The notes beneath the pieces were generated by a model. It was given only the letters and a program-made list of their open reading frames with translations, was not told where the DNA came from and did not search any database. Shown piece after piece: positions 61,218 through 64,000 of a DNA stretch of 64,000 nucleotides; the first letter of the stretch is position 1; every line of letters begins with the position of its first letter. Made by a program: the position numbers and the translations under genes. Location: contig NC_087438.1 of the NCBI RefSeq assembly GCF_036321535.1, positions 6,884,001 to 6,948,000 of the forward strand. Reading direction: 5' to 3'. This DNA comes from Camelus dromedarius (taxonomy: Eukaryota).

Positions 61218-62411
61218 GAGACACCGGAAACTGAAGTGGTCAAAAAATAGAAATAAAACAAGCCTCTTAGAGAAGCTGGTTCTGGCGGGACTTGAAGCTG
61301 TCACAGAATATGTTTGGAGAGAGGAGAGTGTCCACTCGAATAAAGAGGAGGAACAGGCAAAGAGACAGTCATAGGAAAGGGGATCTGGTCTCCTGCAGAA
61401 CAAGACAGCCAGAGGTGAACACGGGTGCCAGTGCATAACGGGAAAAAAATGTCGACAAGACTGCAGTCTGAACCCAGAAGATACTGAGTGAATTTTACCC
61501 TTTGCCCTGTATGCAATGGAGGCCTTTCAAAAAGGGAGGGTACATGATAAATAAGGTATTTTAGGGCCTAAAGGTTCCTGCAGTAAGAATGCACTGGAAG
61601 GAAGAAAGACACAAGGCAGGACAGTCTGTGGGAAAACAATTTCAGTGATGCAGGCATGAAGCAGTGTGGGTCTAGACCAGAGAGGGGCAGTGAGACTGGA
61701 AACCAAAGTGTTCTGTTCATTTTCCCCTGGGGAAAAAGAAAGCACAGCTACCCCAGAAAAATCGCTTTGGCAGGGGCCCCACATAATAGATTGTCCTTCA
61801 GTGATTTCTCCTGTGGTTTTTTGCTTTAACTGACCACCAAATAATTGCTCCGGCACCAGCCTATTTATCATCCTCCCAAGTCCAGCCCAGCAGACCTGAA
61901 CTGAATGAAAGGATTTTGGAACTGGTGGGCTCACTGGACTGCAAGATCACTTTCCTGCTGATCTTCCATTGCTGTTTGAGGCGGTTTCTGTCTCCCGGGC
62001 AGCACAAGCAAGGTATGCCTACACATCACAGCTGACACCTGGGGCAGGCCAGGTTTTTGCCCCCAGCATAGCTGTACAGCGCTTCAACTCGGTGTGTCTT
62101 TGAATACCATGCTTTACCTTTTAGCCTTACCAAGGATCTATGAGGTTATAAAACCTTTATTACAAATTTTTAAGTCAAAACTGAGTGCTACCTGTGCATA
62201 TATGAACTGAATGCAGCAACTGCTGTCCTGGGGGTATGTACTAGATATGTAACTGTGCTTTAGTTTCTCCCTAAAATCCAAAACCATTGCTGCCTGGTCC
62301 CTAGATCCTAGAGTCAGGAGCTCTAACTAATAGATAATACCTCAAAATTACCTCAACTACAGCTGCCACTTGGCTGCCCAGTAACCAATGAGATTCTTTT
62401 TATAAAAATTT

Positions 62412-64000
62412 CAACTTCTGTTTTCTAGTCTAGCATTTGAGGATCTTGGAACTCACCACTTCACCCTCACAACAAGTAAAAAGCTGAACAAGCTGAAAAA
62501 TTAACCACATTCAAGGCTATTAAACACACTTTGACAATTTTTAAAAAGTAGAAATTAGATAAAGCCTGCTCTCAGACCACAAAGGAATTAAACTAGAAAT
62601 CAATAATAGAAAGATAGCTGGGAAATCCCAAAACACTTGGAGAGTACATAAAGCATTTCTAAATAGCACGTGGGTCAAAAGATAAATCTCAAGAGATATT
62701 TTAAATTATTTTGAACTAATTGAAAATGAAACTACAATTTAGAAAAATCTGTAGAATGCAATGAAATCAGTGCTTAGAGAGAAATTTGTAGCATTGAAAG
62801 TATATATTAGAAAAGAAGCAAGATCTGAAATAAAAAATCCAAGCTTCCACCTTAGGAAACCAGAAAGAGGAGTAAAGTAAATCTAAAGTAAGCGGAAGAA
62901 AAGAAATAATAAAAATTAGAGCAGAAAGCAGTGAACTTGAAAATAGGAAATCAAGAGAGAAAACTGATGAAACCAAAAGCTGGTGCTTTGAAAAGATCAA
63001 TAAAATCAATAAGCTGCTAGCCAGGCTAACTAAGAAAGCAGCAGAAGAGACAAATTACTGACACCAGGATTGAAAGAGGGGACATAACTACAGATCACAC
63101 AGACATTAAAAGGATAATAAAGGAATACCATGAACAACTCTATGCCCACAAATTTGACAGCTTACATGAACTGGGCCAATTTCTTGAAAGATACAGTCTT
63201 CCAAAACTCACACAAGAAAAAGACAATCTGAGTAGGTCAATATGTATTAAAGAAACTGAATCAATAATATATGGTTTTCCAAGCAGAAAGCACCAAGCTC
63301 AGATAGGTTCAATGGTGAATTCTACCAAATATTGAAGGAAAAATTAGACCGATTCTCCATAATCCCTTTCAGAAGACGGAAGAGGAGGAGATACTTCTTA
63401 CTCATCCTGTGAAGTTATCACTACCTTAATACCAAACCCAGACAAAGACTCTACAAGAAAACTAGAGATAATAACTTTCATGAACATAGATGCAAAAATT
63501 CTCAATCAAATATTAGCAAATCAAATCCAACAATGTATAAAAAGAATTATATACCATGACAAAATAGGATTCATCCCAGGTGTACAAGGCTGGTTCAACA
63601 TTTGAAAATCAGTTAATGTAATCCATTATATGACAAGGCTAAAGAAAAAAAATCACATGATTTTATCAATAGATGGAAAAAAAAGCGTATGACAACATCC
63701 AACACTCATTCACAATAAAAATTCTCAACAGACTGAATGGAGAGGAAATTTCTCAACGGCATAAAGGCCATCTACAAAAAACCTACAACTACTATCACAC
63801 TTAACAATGAGACACTAGAAGCTTTGCCACTATGATAATGAGCAAGGCAGGGGTGTAACTTCTCACCACTCCTTTTCAACACCATACTGCTAGTACTAGC
63901 TAAGGCACTAAGATTTTCTTTGAAAAGGAAATAAAAGGTATACAGTTTGGGAAAGAAGAAATAAAACTGCTCTTGTTTGAAGATGACATAATTGTCTATA
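62412..64000 (+). mobile_element. Old L1M element (short 5' piece joined to ORF2), running off the window end
   Basis: 'ctctcagaccacaaaggaattaaactagaaatcaataa', 'aaagctggtgctttgaaaagatcaataaaat', 'gaacaactctatgcccacaaatttga', 'tcatgaacatagatgcaaaaattctcaa', 'ttgtttgaagatgacataattgtctata' (decayed FADD motif); many stops. Confidence 0.9.

Noticed and set aside
82..63009. The many 60-180 aa ORFs in the supplied track as genes
   Set aside because: They are short, overlap on both strands, often lie in repeats and show no recognisable domains, except those derived from L1 ORF2.
1..64000. A novel prokaryotic-style system (operon, defence island, CRISPR array)
   Set aside because: The sequence is mammalian and repeat-rich with no gene-dense ORFs. 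Nothing supports such a system.

Overview
This is mammalian nuclear DNA, not prokaryotic. It is most likely camelid (alpaca/llama/camel), inferred from a tRNA-derived SINE with a camelid-type tail at 281-397 and repeated copies of one lineage-specific L1 3' end. The window looks intronic or intergenic. I recognise no protein-coding exon, and the only ORFs with a recognisable product are broken LINE-1 ORF2 pieces. Much of the window is interspersed repeats: L1 of several ages, L2, MIR, MaLR/ERVL solo LTRs and hAT/Tigger DNA transposons. Subfamily names come from remembered consensus sequences and boundaries of old repeats are approximate. I found no convincing new biological system. The most notable signals are DNA-repair and retrotransposition scars: (1) a ~230-bp inverted copy of unique DNA from 2 kb upstream pasted inside an L1 3'UTR; (2) a perfect 97-bp tandem duplication with 34 bp of filler of unknown origin; (3) a nest of about six L1 insertions in 2.5 kb; (4) four 5'-inverted (twin-priming) L1s; (5) small duplications linked to hairpins. 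There are also a few low-confidence enhancer-like and exon-like candidates.
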